Below are positions 50,864-63,100 of a stretch of 64,000 bases of DNA, in pieces (positions within the stretch are counted from its first letter, which is position 1; each line of letters opens with the position of its first letter). The position numbers and the translations under genes were made by a program. The stretch comes from Cetorhinus maximus. Taxonomy: Eukaryota. The stretch lies in contig NC_135897.1 of assembly GCF_964194155.1 (NCBI RefSeq), positions 76,322,001 through 76,386,000 of the forward strand, given 5' to 3'. The notes beneath the pieces are model-generated. The model made no database searches, had not been told where the DNA came from, and saw only the letters and a program-made list of their open reading frames with translations.

Positions 50864-53800
50864 CAACTAAACAGCAATACCACCACTAGTCTGATTACAA
50901 ATGAACAGCAATACCACTCTGTTAGTCTGGTTACAAATAAACAGCAATACCACTCTGTTAGTCTCGTTACAAATAAACAGCAATACCACTCCACTAGTCT
51001 GGTTACAAATAAACAGCAATTCCACTCCACTAGTCTGATTACAAATAAACAGCAATACCACTCCACTAGTCTGGTTACAAACAAACAGCAATACCACTCC
51101 ATTAATCTGGTTACAAATAAACAGCAATTCCACTCCACTAGTCCGATTACAAATAAACAGCAATACCACTCCACTAGTCTGGTTACAAATAAACAGCAAT
51201 ACCACTCCACTAGTCTGGTTACAAATAAACAGCGATACCACACCACTAGTCTGATTACAAATAAACAGCAATTCCATTCTGTTAGTCTGATTACAAATGA
51301 ACAGCAATACCACTCCACTAGTCTGATTACAAAGAAATATCAATACTACTACACTCATCTGATTACTAATGAACCGCAATACCATTCTGTTAGTCTGATT
51401 ACAAATGAATAGCAATACCACTCCATTAGTCTGATTACAAATAAACAGCAATACCACTCCACTAGTCTGATTACAAATAAACAGTAATACCACTCTGTTA
51501 GTCTGATTACAAATAAACAGCAATACCACTCCACTAGTCTGATTACAAATAAACAGCAATACCACTCCACTAGTCTGATTACAAATAAACAGCAATACCA
51601 CTCCACTAGTCTGATTACAAATAAACAGCAATACCACTCCATTGGTCTGATCACAAACAAACAGCAATACCACTCCACTGGTCTGATTACAAATTAACAG
51701 CAATACCACTCCACTAGTCTGATTACAAATAAACAACAATACTACGCCACTGGTCTGATTACAAAATAAACAGAAATACCACTCCACTAGCCTGATTACA
51801 AAAAAACCAACAATACCACTCCATTAGGCTGATTACAAATAAACCGAAATACCACTCCACTAGTCTGATTACAAATTAACAGCAATACCACTCTGTTAGT
51901 CTGATTACAAATAAACAGAAATACCACTCCACTAGTCTGGTTACAAATAAACAGCAATACCACTCCACTAGTCTGGTTACAAATAAACAGCAATACCACT
52001 CCACTAGTCTGGTTACAAATAAACAGCGATACCACACCACTAGACTGATTACAAATAAACAGCGATACCACTCCACTAGTCTGGTTACAAATAAACAGCA
52101 ATACCACTCCACTAGTCTGATTACAAATAAACAGCAATACCATTCTGTTAGTCTGATTACAAATGCACAGCAATACCACTCCTCTAGTCTGATTACAAAG
52201 AAACATCAATACTACTACACTCATCTGATTACTAATGAACCGCAATACCATTCTGTTAGTCTGATTACAAATGAATAGCAATACCACTCCGTTAGTCTGA
52301 TTGCAAATAAACAGCAATACCACTCCACTAGTCTGGTTACAAATAAACAGTAATACCATTCTGTTAGTCTGATTACAAATAAACGGTAATACCACTCTGT
52401 TAGTCTGATTACAAATAAACAGCAATACCACTCCACTAGTCTGGTTACAAATAAACAGAAATACCACTCCACTAGTCTGGTTACAAATAAACAGCAATAC
52501 CACTCCACTAGTCTGGTTACAAATAAACAGCAGTACCACTCCACTAGTCTGGTTACAAATAAACAGCGATACCACACCACTAGACTGATTGCAAATAAAC
52601 AGCGATACCACTCCACTAGTCTGGTTACAAATAAACAGCAATACCACTCCACTAGTCTGATTACAAATAAACAGCAATACCATTCTGTTAGTCTGATTAC
52701 AAATGCACAGCAATACCACTCCACTAGTCTGATTACAAAGAAACATCAATACTACTACACTCATCTGATTACTAATGAACCGCAATACCATTCTGTTAGT
52801 CTGATTACAAATGAATAGCAATACCACTCCGTTAGTCTGATTACAAATAAACAGCAATACCACTCCACTAGTCTGATTACAAATAAACAGTAATACCATT
52901 CTGTTAGTCTGATTACAAATAAACGGTAATACCACTCTGTTAGTCTGATTACAAATAAACAGCAATACCACTCCACTAGTCTGATTACAAATAAACAGCA
53001 ATACCACTCCATTGGTATGATCACAAACAAACAGCAATACCACTCCACTGGTCTGATTACAAATTAACAGCAATACCACTCCACTAGTCTTATTACAAAT
53101 AAACAACAATACCATGCCACTGGTCTGATTACAAATAAACAGAAATACCACTCCACTAGCCTGATTACAAAAAACCAACAATACCACTCCGTTAGGCTGA
53201 TTACAAATAAACCGAAATACCACTCCACTAGTCTGGTTACAAATTAACAGCAATACCACTCTTGTTAGTCTGATTACAAATAAACAGAAATACCACGCCA
53301 CTAGTCTGATTACAAATAAACAAAAATACCACTCCACTAGTCTGATTACAAATAAACAGCAATACCACTCCGTTAGTCTGATTACAAATAAACAGCAATA
53401 CCACTCCACTAGCCTGGTTACAAATTAACAGCAATACCATTCTGTTAGTCTGATTACAAATAAACAGAAATACCATGCCACTAGTCTGATTACAAATAAA
53501 CAGCAATACCACTCCATTAGTTTGATAACAAATAAACCAACAATACCACTTCGTACAAATAAACAGAAATACCACGCCACTGGTCTGATTACAAATAAAC
53601 AGAAATACCACTCCACTAGTCTGATTACAAAAAAACCAACAATACCACTTCGTTAGGCTGGTTACAAATAAACCGAAATACCACTCCACTAGTCTGATTA
53701 CAAATAAACAGCAATACCACTCCGTTAGTCTGATTACAAATAAACAGCAATTCCACTCCACTAGCCTGATTACAAATAAACAGCAATACCACTCCACTAG

Positions 53801-54087
53801 TCTGATTACAAATAAACAGCAATACCACTCCACTAGCCTGATTACAAATAAACAGCAATACCACTCCACTAGCCTGATTACAAATAAACAGCAATACCAC
53901 TCCACTAGCCTGATTACAAATAAACAGCAATACCACTCCGTTAGTCTGATTACAAATAAACAGCAATACCACTCCACTAGTCTGATTACAAATAAACAGC
54001 AATACCGCTCCACTAGTTTGATTACAAATAAACAGAAATACCACTCCACTAGTCTGATTACAAATAAACAGCAATACTACTCCATTA
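50864..54087. repeat. 36-bp minisatellite, about 89 units, in PID1 intron 1
   Basis: Consensus ACAAATAAACAGCAATACCACTCCACTAGTCTGATT; 540-bp (15-unit) higher-order repeat visible at 51901 versus 52441. Confidence 0.97.
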
Positions 54088-54607
54088 CATCAAAATATAG
54101 AAAATTTATGGCACAGAAGGATGCCAATCAGCCCATCATGCCTATGCCAGCCAAAGAAAATTGCAATTCCTCCTAATGCCACTTTCCAGGTCTTGGTCTG
54201 TAGCCCTTTAGCTTCAAGTGCGTATCCAAGTTGTTTTTCACATGCACTGAGGCTTTCTGCCACCAGCACACCCTTAGGCAGTGAGTTCCAGATCCCCACC
54301 ACCCTCTGGGTGAAGACAAATTCTCCTCAACTTCCCTTTAATTCTTCAGCCCATTACTTTAAATCTATGTACCTGGTTATTGACCTCTCTGCTAAGGAAA
54401 TAGATGCTTCCTGCCCACTCTATCTGGGCCCCTCAGAATTTTATACACCTCAATTAAATCCCTCCTCAGCCTCCTCTGTTCCAAAGAAAACAACTCCAGC
54501 TTATCCAATCTTTTTGTATAGGTGAAATTCTCCGTTCCTGGCAAAATCCTCATAGATCTCCTCTCTACCCTCTCTAGTGTGGTCATATCCTTCCTGTAAT
54601 GTGGTGG
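54088..54607 (-). mobile_element. CR1 LINE 3' fragment inserted in the end of the minisatellite
   Basis: LERVERR...LFSLEQRRLRRDLIEVYKIL; flanked by CCATTA at 54082-54087 and 54608-54613, after which the minisatellite unit resumes. Confidence 0.88.
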
Positions 54608-54964
54608 CCATTAGTCTGATTACTGCAATGATTTTATGAATTTATTTCGGTAAATTGTTTTTCTGAATGGGGAATGGCGAGGGTTCACTTCACAGGCTTG
54701 GTCTAGTAAGGCAAGATCATTTAATGCCGACTCTGAGGATTCTTTGTGAGGGAGGAGATATTAGTCTGGGGCGGGGTTGGGTGGCATGGGTGGGAGGAGC
54801 AAGAAGAGAAAGCAAAGCTTGTCTGCCGTCGGTGAAGAAGGGAAATAGAATGAGGGGAACGATGACTTGGACATTCTACAGCACCTAAACAGATTAATTA
54901 TAATGTTCAAATGATAGAATCACACTGTCTTTAATGACACATTATTGTAATATTTAATAATGCT

Positions 54965-55420
54965 GTGCATAGCACAATCAAGCATTGGTACTAAGCCCCT
55001 TCCTCTTCCTGCTTGTCATGGCTGTTCTAATTGAGAAAGCGGGATGGCAAGTACCATGGTCAATGATGTTTGCAGATGACATTGAGCTATCTGGCGGGGA
55101 TGACAAGAACCTGACTGAGTATCTGGAGAACAGGAGAAGAGCAGTGGAAGACGGTATGAAGGTCAGTAGATCAAAGACCCAATTCAAGCACTGTCAGTTT
55201 GAGCCTAGGGAAGAGGATCATAATGAAGGTATAAAGATTATGGGTGAAGACTTGGAGGATGTGAGTAGCTTCAAGTACCTGGTGTCAGTGGTGGCAGAAG
55301 ATAGAAGTATGGAACTGGAAGTTAAGCAGCAGGTTATCTCTGGTTGGAGTAATTAGAAGAAGTGCAGCGAGTGTTATGCAATAGAAAGCTATCACTAAAA
55401 CTGAAAGAAGGATCACAAAC
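54965..55420 (+). mobile_element. RTE-clade (Rex3/Expander-like) LINE RT fragment
   Basis: LSPFLFLLVM...PWSMMFADDI...GMKVSRSKTQ...FKYL motifs typical of RTE RT. Confidence 0.8.
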
Positions 55421-55484
55421 TTTGAAATTGTGCTCTCTACACCAAGGCCTAGGTCCTTAATCAGGAAATGCAAGGGACACTGAC

Positions 55485-55775
55485 CCTTGGAAACCTTGCT
55501 CTTCCTGATATATATTAATGACCTGGACCTTGGTGTACATGGCACAGTTTCAAAGTTTGCAGATGATACAAAACTTGGAAGCATTGTGAACTGCGAGGAG
55601 GACAGTATAGAACTTCAAAAGGACATAGACAAGTTGGTGGAATAGGCAGACAGGTGGCAGATGAAGTTCAATGCAGAGAAATGTGAAGGGATCCATTTTG
55701 GTAGGAAGAACATGGAGAGATAATATAAAATAAAGGGTACAATTCTTTCGGGGGTGAAGGAGCAGAGAAACAGAG
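55485..55775 (+). mobile_element. CR1 LINE RT fragment
   Basis: LFLIYINDLD...SKFADDTKLG...WQMKFNAEKCE. Confidence 0.85.
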
Positions 55776-55788
55776 GCAAGAGAAATAG

Positions 55789-55824
55789 AGTTAATGTTTC
55801 AGGTCGATAATCTTTCATCAGAAC
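55789..55824 (-). ncRNA. Degenerate hammerhead motif (family A variant)
   Basis: GUU CUGAUGA A AGAUU auc GACCU GAAA CAUU AAC; stem II has a mismatch. Confidence 0.45.
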
Positions 55825-55877
55825 AGGGAAAAGTTAGAAATGTTACAGATTTTTAGCAAGTGAAAGGGGAGAAGAAC

Positions 55878-57192
55878 AATCAGGTTTCCACCCCACGACA
55901 TACTGAAACAGCTCTTATCAAAGTCACAGAAGATATCCTATGTGACTGTGACAAAGGTAAACTATCCTTCCTCACCCTTCTTGACCTGTCTGCAGCCTTT
56001 GATGTGGTTGACCACACCAACCTTCTCCAATGCCCCTCCATTGTTGTCCCATTGGGGTGAGACTGCACTCGATTGCTCCATTCTTATCTATAATAATTGT
56101 AACCAGTGTATCACTTGCAATAGTTTCTCTTCCCACTCCCACATCCTTACCTCTGGTGCCCCCAAGGATCTATCCTCGGCTCCCTCCTATTCCTCATCAA
56201 TATGCTTCCCCTCAATGCCATCAGGAAAAATATAGCGTCGGTTTTCACATGTACGCTGACCACATCCAGCACTACTCACCACGACCTCACTCAACTTCTC
56301 TACTGTTGCTAAATTATCAGACTGCTTATCCGACAACTAGTATTGGATGAGCCAAAATTTTCTCCAATTAAATATTGGGAAAACTGAAGCCATTGGCTTT
56401 GGTCCCTGCTACAAACTCTGTTGCCTAGCCAGTGACTTCATCCCCCTCCCCTGCAACTGGCTGAGACTAAACCAGATTGTTTGCAACTTTGGTGTCATTT
56501 TGACCTCAAGAGGAGCTTCTAAACATATTTCTGCATGATTACTAAGACTGCCTATTTACACCTTCATAGCATCACCAGACTTCACCCCTACCTCAGCTCA
56601 TATGGTGCTGAAACCTTCCTTCATGCCTTAGTTTACATTTCGACTCCACCATTCCAAAGCACTTATGGCTGATGTCCCACATTCCATAACTTGAAGTCAT
56701 CCAAAACTCTTCTATCGATATCCTTACTCACACCAAATTTTGTTCACCTATCTCCCCTGTGCTCGCTTACCTACATTGGCTCCTGGTCAAATAACGTCTC
56801 GATTTTAAAATTCTCATCTTGTTTTCAAATGCTTCCATGGCCTCACTCCTCTTTATCATCTGTAATCTCCTCCAACCCCACAACCATCTTGGCTAATTGA
56901 ATTCTGTCCTCTTGAACATCCCTTATTTTAATTGCTCCATCACTGGTGGCCACGCCTTCAATTGCTTAGGTCCTATGCTCTGGAATACCTTCCCTTCTCC
57001 TCTCCGCCCCTCTACCTCACTTTCCTCCTGAAGACACTCCTTAAAACCTTTCTCTTTGACCAAGCTTTTGGACATCAGCCTTAATATCACCTTACATGGC
57101 TCAGTGTCTAATTTTGCTTTATAATGCTTCTTTGAACCACCTTGTGATGCTTTATTATGTTAGGGAGGCTATATAAATATAAGTTGTTGTTA
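55878..57192 (+). mobile_element. L2-clade LINE 3' fragment
   Basis: [14 protein letters not shown]...[32 protein letters not shown]; tail gctatataaatataagttgttgtt. Confidence 0.88.
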
Positions 57193-57404
57193 CCAATTTT
57201 CTTGAGTGATTTGATAATGTGTTGTGTCAATGTAAGTCTTTTTATTCCCTGTGCAGGGAGTATTTGAGCATAGTGGAGCTATTTGGCATGGACCATCTGA
57301 GACCGGTTCCTGTGCTGTACATTCTATATGATGCTATCTAAAAGAGACTCTGAGACTTCCCTAATCTACTAAAAATGAGGATAAATTAGAGGACAAGATG
57401 ACCT

Positions 57405-58546
57405 AAACATTCCTAGTTCTCCTCTCAGAGAGAAAAATGATGTTTTTTGTGAGACCTTTCTTCATTGGCAAAAATTGGGAAATATAAATTATCCTCATGT
57501 GGAGGATTGGAATCTACGGATTAATGGTTGACGTGATAGCTGCCATTGATGTAAATCTTGATTTAAAAAATTTGTAAAATTGAGTCCAACACATGTTTAC
57601 AATCTGCTTGGACTGCGCTATTGAAAAACATGGGAGGTGACCCAGGGAAGATGGTTCAAAATTTGACTTTGCATTTTGGCTGTCCTTTGTGTATGCTTTT
57701 AGTCATTGGTTAGTAAAATTCAAAATGCTACAAGATTGCACAATACCAAATGCTACAGGTCATTCTGGACAGCCATGTTTCACGTACAAAGGGTCATATT
57801 AACAAATTAAGCGCAACAAAAGAAAATAGGAAAATGCAAGAGAAACTTTGTTCTGCCCACCCACAGAACTGAATTAGCCCGGAGCAGGCTGCTATGTGTC
57901 CTCTAAATTTGGGGAGTATCCCTAAAAGCAGGAGAGAAAAATATCTTTCAACAAGGATGAGAATAATTGGCATCTTTCATATATTCTTTCCTCTTTCTGG
58001 CCCCCAGACTACATATGCAGAACTGGAATGTAAGTATGAAGGGTCGTGCAGGCCATATAATGATTCAAACAGGAGATGCTCAAATGACAAATTTACCTTC
58101 CACCCATCTGAAAATTTAGCATCCCTAGCTTTCCCCTTTAAGTTAAAATAAATTGATCTTTCTTTCTGAGACCTTTCTTCATTAATACATTGGGAAATGT
58201 AAATTATTGCTATGTAGACAATTGGAATTTCGTGGATTAATGGTTAGCGTGTATGTGCCCTAGATGTAAATTTTGATAAAAGAAAAGTAAAATGAATCAA
58301 TCACATGTTTGCAATTTGCTTGGACGGCACTATTGAATAACATGAGAGATGACCTCGAGAGCTTGATTCGAAAATTGGCTTAGCTGTCATTGTTGCAATG
58401 GTTGTGGTCATCAGTTACTGATGTTCTAGACACTGTAGGATTATATACCAAATATCACAGGTCATTTTAGACAGTCATGTTTCAATTACAAGGTGTTGTA
58501 TTTACAAATTAAAAACAATAAAAGAAAACAGGATTGCAAGAGAAAT
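57405..58546. repeat. Diverged tandem duplication of an unidentified ~400-bp unit
   Basis: gagacctttcttcatt at 57451 and 58168; colinear blocks through gcaagagaaa at 57836 and 58536. Confidence 0.9.
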
Positions 58547-59877
58547 TCAAAGGCTTACTTAAATGGTGGTAAGTATTTGGAACTGAATGGGTGGTAGAAC
58601 AAAAAAACTTAATGTATTTCCAGAAAGAGTTAGACAGGTTCTTGTCAACAAATGGAATCCAGGGTCATTACCAGGGGATGCTGCAGATGGCTGGGCTGGA
58701 TGGATTGAAGCTATGTTCCTGTCTGAAACTGGCCCAAATTTTCCTTCCTCAATAGCGGCAAACACTGAGAAGTCCACCGCTAATTAGGGACACAATGGCA
58801 CCGCAACTTGCGGCGAGCTCACTTAGGCTGAAATCCGGAAGTTGCAATGCGCCCGTATGTAGCAACATAAGAGAAAATGACAAGAAAGCATTCAGAACTG
58901 CCATGAGCCAGGCACATTCATGCTCCAAAAGTGTTTGGTTAAACCCCCTAATGAAGTTGTTTTTGGGAGACATAACAAAAGTATGTTGCAAGAAGTTATA
59001 GAAAGGCTCAAGTCATAGTGAGGAACATATCATTTTGATTTTGGTCAGCTGATTGTCCTAATACTTGCAGAAACTCATTAGCATGCTTACACGTCTCCAA
59101 ATCAAGCCCCTGAGAATTGTGGAATTCCTGTTTGTCTGATTTGGAGTCCCGCACTCACAACAGTACAAGAGGCTCTGCAGCAATTCTCCTTCTTCCCTCC
59201 AATCCACCCTAGATGGATAAGGCAGGATTCATGTCAGAGTGAAAATCTAGGTCATAAGTATCTGTTAATAGAAACGTCAAACCGGACATTAAATGGCAGG
59301 AATGTGTCAGTGCTTATTGTTTATCCTGCACACTGGTTAAAAAAAAATAAAGGAACACACATTCCAGACTTCCATGTAATTTCAGTCAATACCAGTCAAG
59401 TGAACTAATCATGACCTGATGACAAAAAGGCTGGAAGAAATCTCTCCAAAGTATCTAAACGTTGGAGATGGGAAGAATATTAATAGCTATTTGACTCATG
59501 GAGTTCTCCCTGTGTTCTGAGCTACCGTTCTAAGTTAATTCTTCCTTTGGGTTTGGTAAAGTTTTTTTTTACCTTTAGGTATTCCTTTACCTACTCTGGT
59601 CCCAAATTTCTTTGTCTTTTCTGGCAATGTATCTTCAGGAAGCAGTGGAAGGGTGCCCCATCTTCTAGTCTTATAGCGTCAGAAGCTTTTTTGGTCGTAA
59701 AATACTTTGGGATGTCCTGAAGGAGTGAAAACAACTTCTTTCTACAGCAAGCTAAGGGGAAAGGCCAGTTTGTAATCAAAGTTTCAATCAGATTATGAAA
59801 TTCATATTTGAATACAGGGAAGTGTAACTTTTGACCAGAAGTGTTTCAATGATTCATTCTTACATCTCCAAAGAGCA

Positions 59878-60118
59878 AAATAACTTGCACCTTAATATAA
59901 ACTGTTCTATCCTCAGAATGCCACAAACAACTCTGCAGCCAATGAGACACATTGGATCACTCATATCCATTTCAGAGAATGGCCAGGGCCTCAGTTTAAC
60001 ATCTCACCTGAAAGACTTCCTCAGTATGCATTGGAGTCTCGCCCAAATTTGCTTAGTCCTGGAGTGGGACCTATCACATTCTGACTCAGAGCTAAGTATA
60101 TCATTGAGCCATGGCTGA
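59878..60118 (-). mobile_element. Old SINE, DeuSINE/SacSINE1-like
   Basis: Minus strand gtctttcaggtgagatgttaaactgaggccc block, tggctcaatg head and L2-like tgcaagtta tail; family name from recall. Confidence 0.5.
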
Positions 60119-60151
60119 CAGGCAACCATATTGTTCCTCTATAAACAGTAA

Positions 60152-63100
60152 GGGCAGAATTTTAACTTTCAAGGGGAGATGGAACCCAACATGATCAGGG
60201 GAGGTGGTGGTGCATTGGTAGTGTCACTGGACTAGTACTCTAGAGGCTGAGGCTCATGTTCTGGGAGGACAGGTTCAAATCCCACCATGTTAGCTTGTGG
60301 AATTTAAATTCAATTAATGAATTTTTTAAAATTGAGAATTGAAAGCTAGTCACAGTGATACTGCCATGAAACTATCATCAATTGTTGTAAAAACCCATCT
60401 AATTCACAAAAGGAAGGAATCTGCTGTCCTTATCTTGTCTGGCCTACATGTGGCTCTAAACCCACAGCGATGTGGTTTACTCTTAACTGCTCTCTGAAAT
60501 GGCCTAGCTAACCACTTGGAGTTTTAACAAACTGGGACAGAAAAGTCAGAAGGAATAAAACAACCTGGCAGTGACTTAGGCACCAGAAACAACAACAGCA
60601 CACTCAGCCCTGTCGACCCTGCGACGTCCTCCTTACTAACATATGGGGGCTTTGCCAAAATTGGGGAGCTGTCCCACAGATTAATCAAGCAACAGCCTGA
60701 CATAGTCATACTCACCAAATCATAAAAGGGCATATCTGCCAAACTAGGCCTACAGCAGGTGGTAAGGGAACCAACAAGGCGGAAAAGCCTAATGGACCTT
60801 GTCTCTTGAATCTACATGTCACAGATGCAGTTGTCCATGACAGTTTAGGTAGGAGTGACCACCGTACAGTCCTTATGAAGACGAAGTCCTGTCTTCACAC
60901 TGACCATCCCACCATCATGTGTGGCACTACCACTGGGCTATATGGGATAGATTCAGAATAGATCTAGCAGCTCAAAACTGGGTATCCATGGGGCACTGTG
61001 GGCCATCAGCAGCAGCAACATAATTGTATTCAACCACTTCATGGCCCAAGCAGAGCCCCTACTCTACTTTTACCATCAAGCTAAGGGATTAACCCTAGTT
61101 CAATGAAGAGTGCAGGAAAGCATGCCAAGAGCAGCACCAGGCATGCCTAAAAATGAAGTGTCACCCCGATGAAGCTACAACACACGACTATTTGCATGGA
61201 AAACAGCAGAAGCAGCATGCAATAGACAGAGCTAAGTGACCCTACAACCAACAGATCAGATCAAAGCTCTGCAGTCCTGCCACATCCAATCATGAGCAAT
61301 AAAACAGCTATCAGGAGGAGGAGGCTCTACTAATATCCCCATACTCAATGATGGGGGAGTCCAGAACCTCAGTGCAAAAAACAAGGCTGAAGCATTTGCA
61401 ACCACCTTCAGCCAGAAGTGCCGAGTGGATGATCCATCTCAGCCTACTTCTGAGGTCCCCAGCATCACAGATGCCGGTCTTCAGCCAATTCAATTCACTC
61501 CACCTGATATCAAGAAATGGCTGAAGGCAGTAGACAGTGCAAAGACTATGGGCCCTGACAGCATCCCAGCAATAGTACTGAAGACTTTTGCTCCAGAACT
61601 AACCCTGCCCCTGGCCAAGCTGTTCCAGTACAGCTACAACTGGCAATGCAGAAAACTGCCCAAGTATGTCTTGTCCACAAAACACAGGATAATCCAACCC
61701 AGCCAATTACCACCTCATCTACCTCTACTCAATCATCAACAGTGTGATGGAAAGTGTCACCAACAGTGCTGTCAAGTGGCACTTACTCTGCAATAACCTG
61801 CTCACTAATGCTTAGTTTGAGTTCCGCCAGGGCCACTTGGATCCTGACCTCATTACAGCCTTGGTCCAAATATGGACAAAAAAACTGAATTCCAGAGGTG
61901 AGGTGAGAGTGACTGCCCTCGATATCAAGGCAGCATTTGACCGAGTGTGGCATCATGGACCACTGGCAAAATTGAAGTCAATGGGAATCAGGGGGAAAGC
62001 TCTCCACTGGTTGGAGTCATACCTAACACAAAAGAAGATGGTTGTGGTTCTTGATGGTCAATCATCTCAATTCCAGGTCATCACTGCAGGAGTTCCTCCT
62101 GATAGTATCCTAGGCCCAACCATCTTCAGCTGCTTCATCAATGACCTTCCCTCCATCGTTAGGCCAGAAATTCGGATGTTCGCTGGTGATTGTACAATGT
62201 TCAGTACCATTTGCAACTCCTCGATAATGAAGCAGTCCGTGTCCACATGCAGCAAGGCCTAGACAACATTCAGGATTGGGCTGATAAGTGACAAGTGACA
62301 TTCACGACACACTAGTGTTTGGCAATGGCCATCTGCAACAAGAGACAATCTCACCATCACCCCTTGACATTCAGTGGCATTATCATCGCTAAATCGCCCA
62401 CTATCAATATCCTGGGGGTTGCCATTGACTAGAAACTGAACTGGCCTAGCCATATAAATACAAGAGCAGGGCAGAGGCTGGGAATTCTGAAGCGAGTAAC
62501 TCACTTCCTGACTCCCTAAAGCCTGTCCACCACCATCCAAGTCAAAGTGGCCTCCTTGATCAATACCCCATCCACCAACCTAAACATTCACTCCCTCCAC
62601 ATCCACACACACTGGCAACAGTGTGTACCATCTACAAGATGCACTGTAGCAACTCACAAAGTTTCCTTCAACAACACCTTCCAAACCTGCAACCTCAACC
62701 AATCTAGAAGGACAAAGGCAGCAGATGCATGGGAACACCATTACCATCAAGTTCCCTCCAAGCCAAACACCACCTTGACTTGAAAATATATCTCTGTTCC
62801 TTCATTGTTGCTGGCTCAAAATCCTGGAACTCCCTTCCGAACAGCACTGTGGGTGTACCTACACCATTGCGACTGTAGCAGTTCAAGAAGGCGGCTCACC
62901 ACCACCTTCTCAAGGGCAATTAGAGGTGGGCAATAAATGTTGACATTGCATCATCTAATGGTATTACCATCTTTCTGGGCAGGCCACATGTCTCGATCTA
63001 GTGTGTGTACCATCCTAGCAATCTCCAAGACTTCATCTTCCGAGGCAGTCAAATTGATACCTTGACCAATCAAAGAGCCACCTCCAGTTCTGGGCCTCTC

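Noticed and set aside
50864-54087. CRISPR-like array or long repetitive proteins (537 aa, 306 aa and others)
   Set aside because: Units are contiguous with no unique spacers and no cas genes; ORFs arise because the 36-bp unit lacks stops in several frames.
57592-57632. miRNA or H/ACA snoRNA in the duplicated unit
   Set aside because: Hairpin is short and imperfect, matches no miRNA I recognise, and an H box is present in only one copy; kept only as part of the duplication finding.
57535-57695. RING finger or retroviral Gag identity for the duplicated unit
   Set aside because: The CxxC-like motifs fall in different frames and are not shared by both copies; the (W)PREDGS resemblance to Gag is too short to support a call.
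60198-60290. tRNA gene (also 38010-38075 and 15460-15535)
   Set aside because: A/B boxes are present but no clean cloverleaf or terminator; embedded in repeated SINE/LINE bodies.
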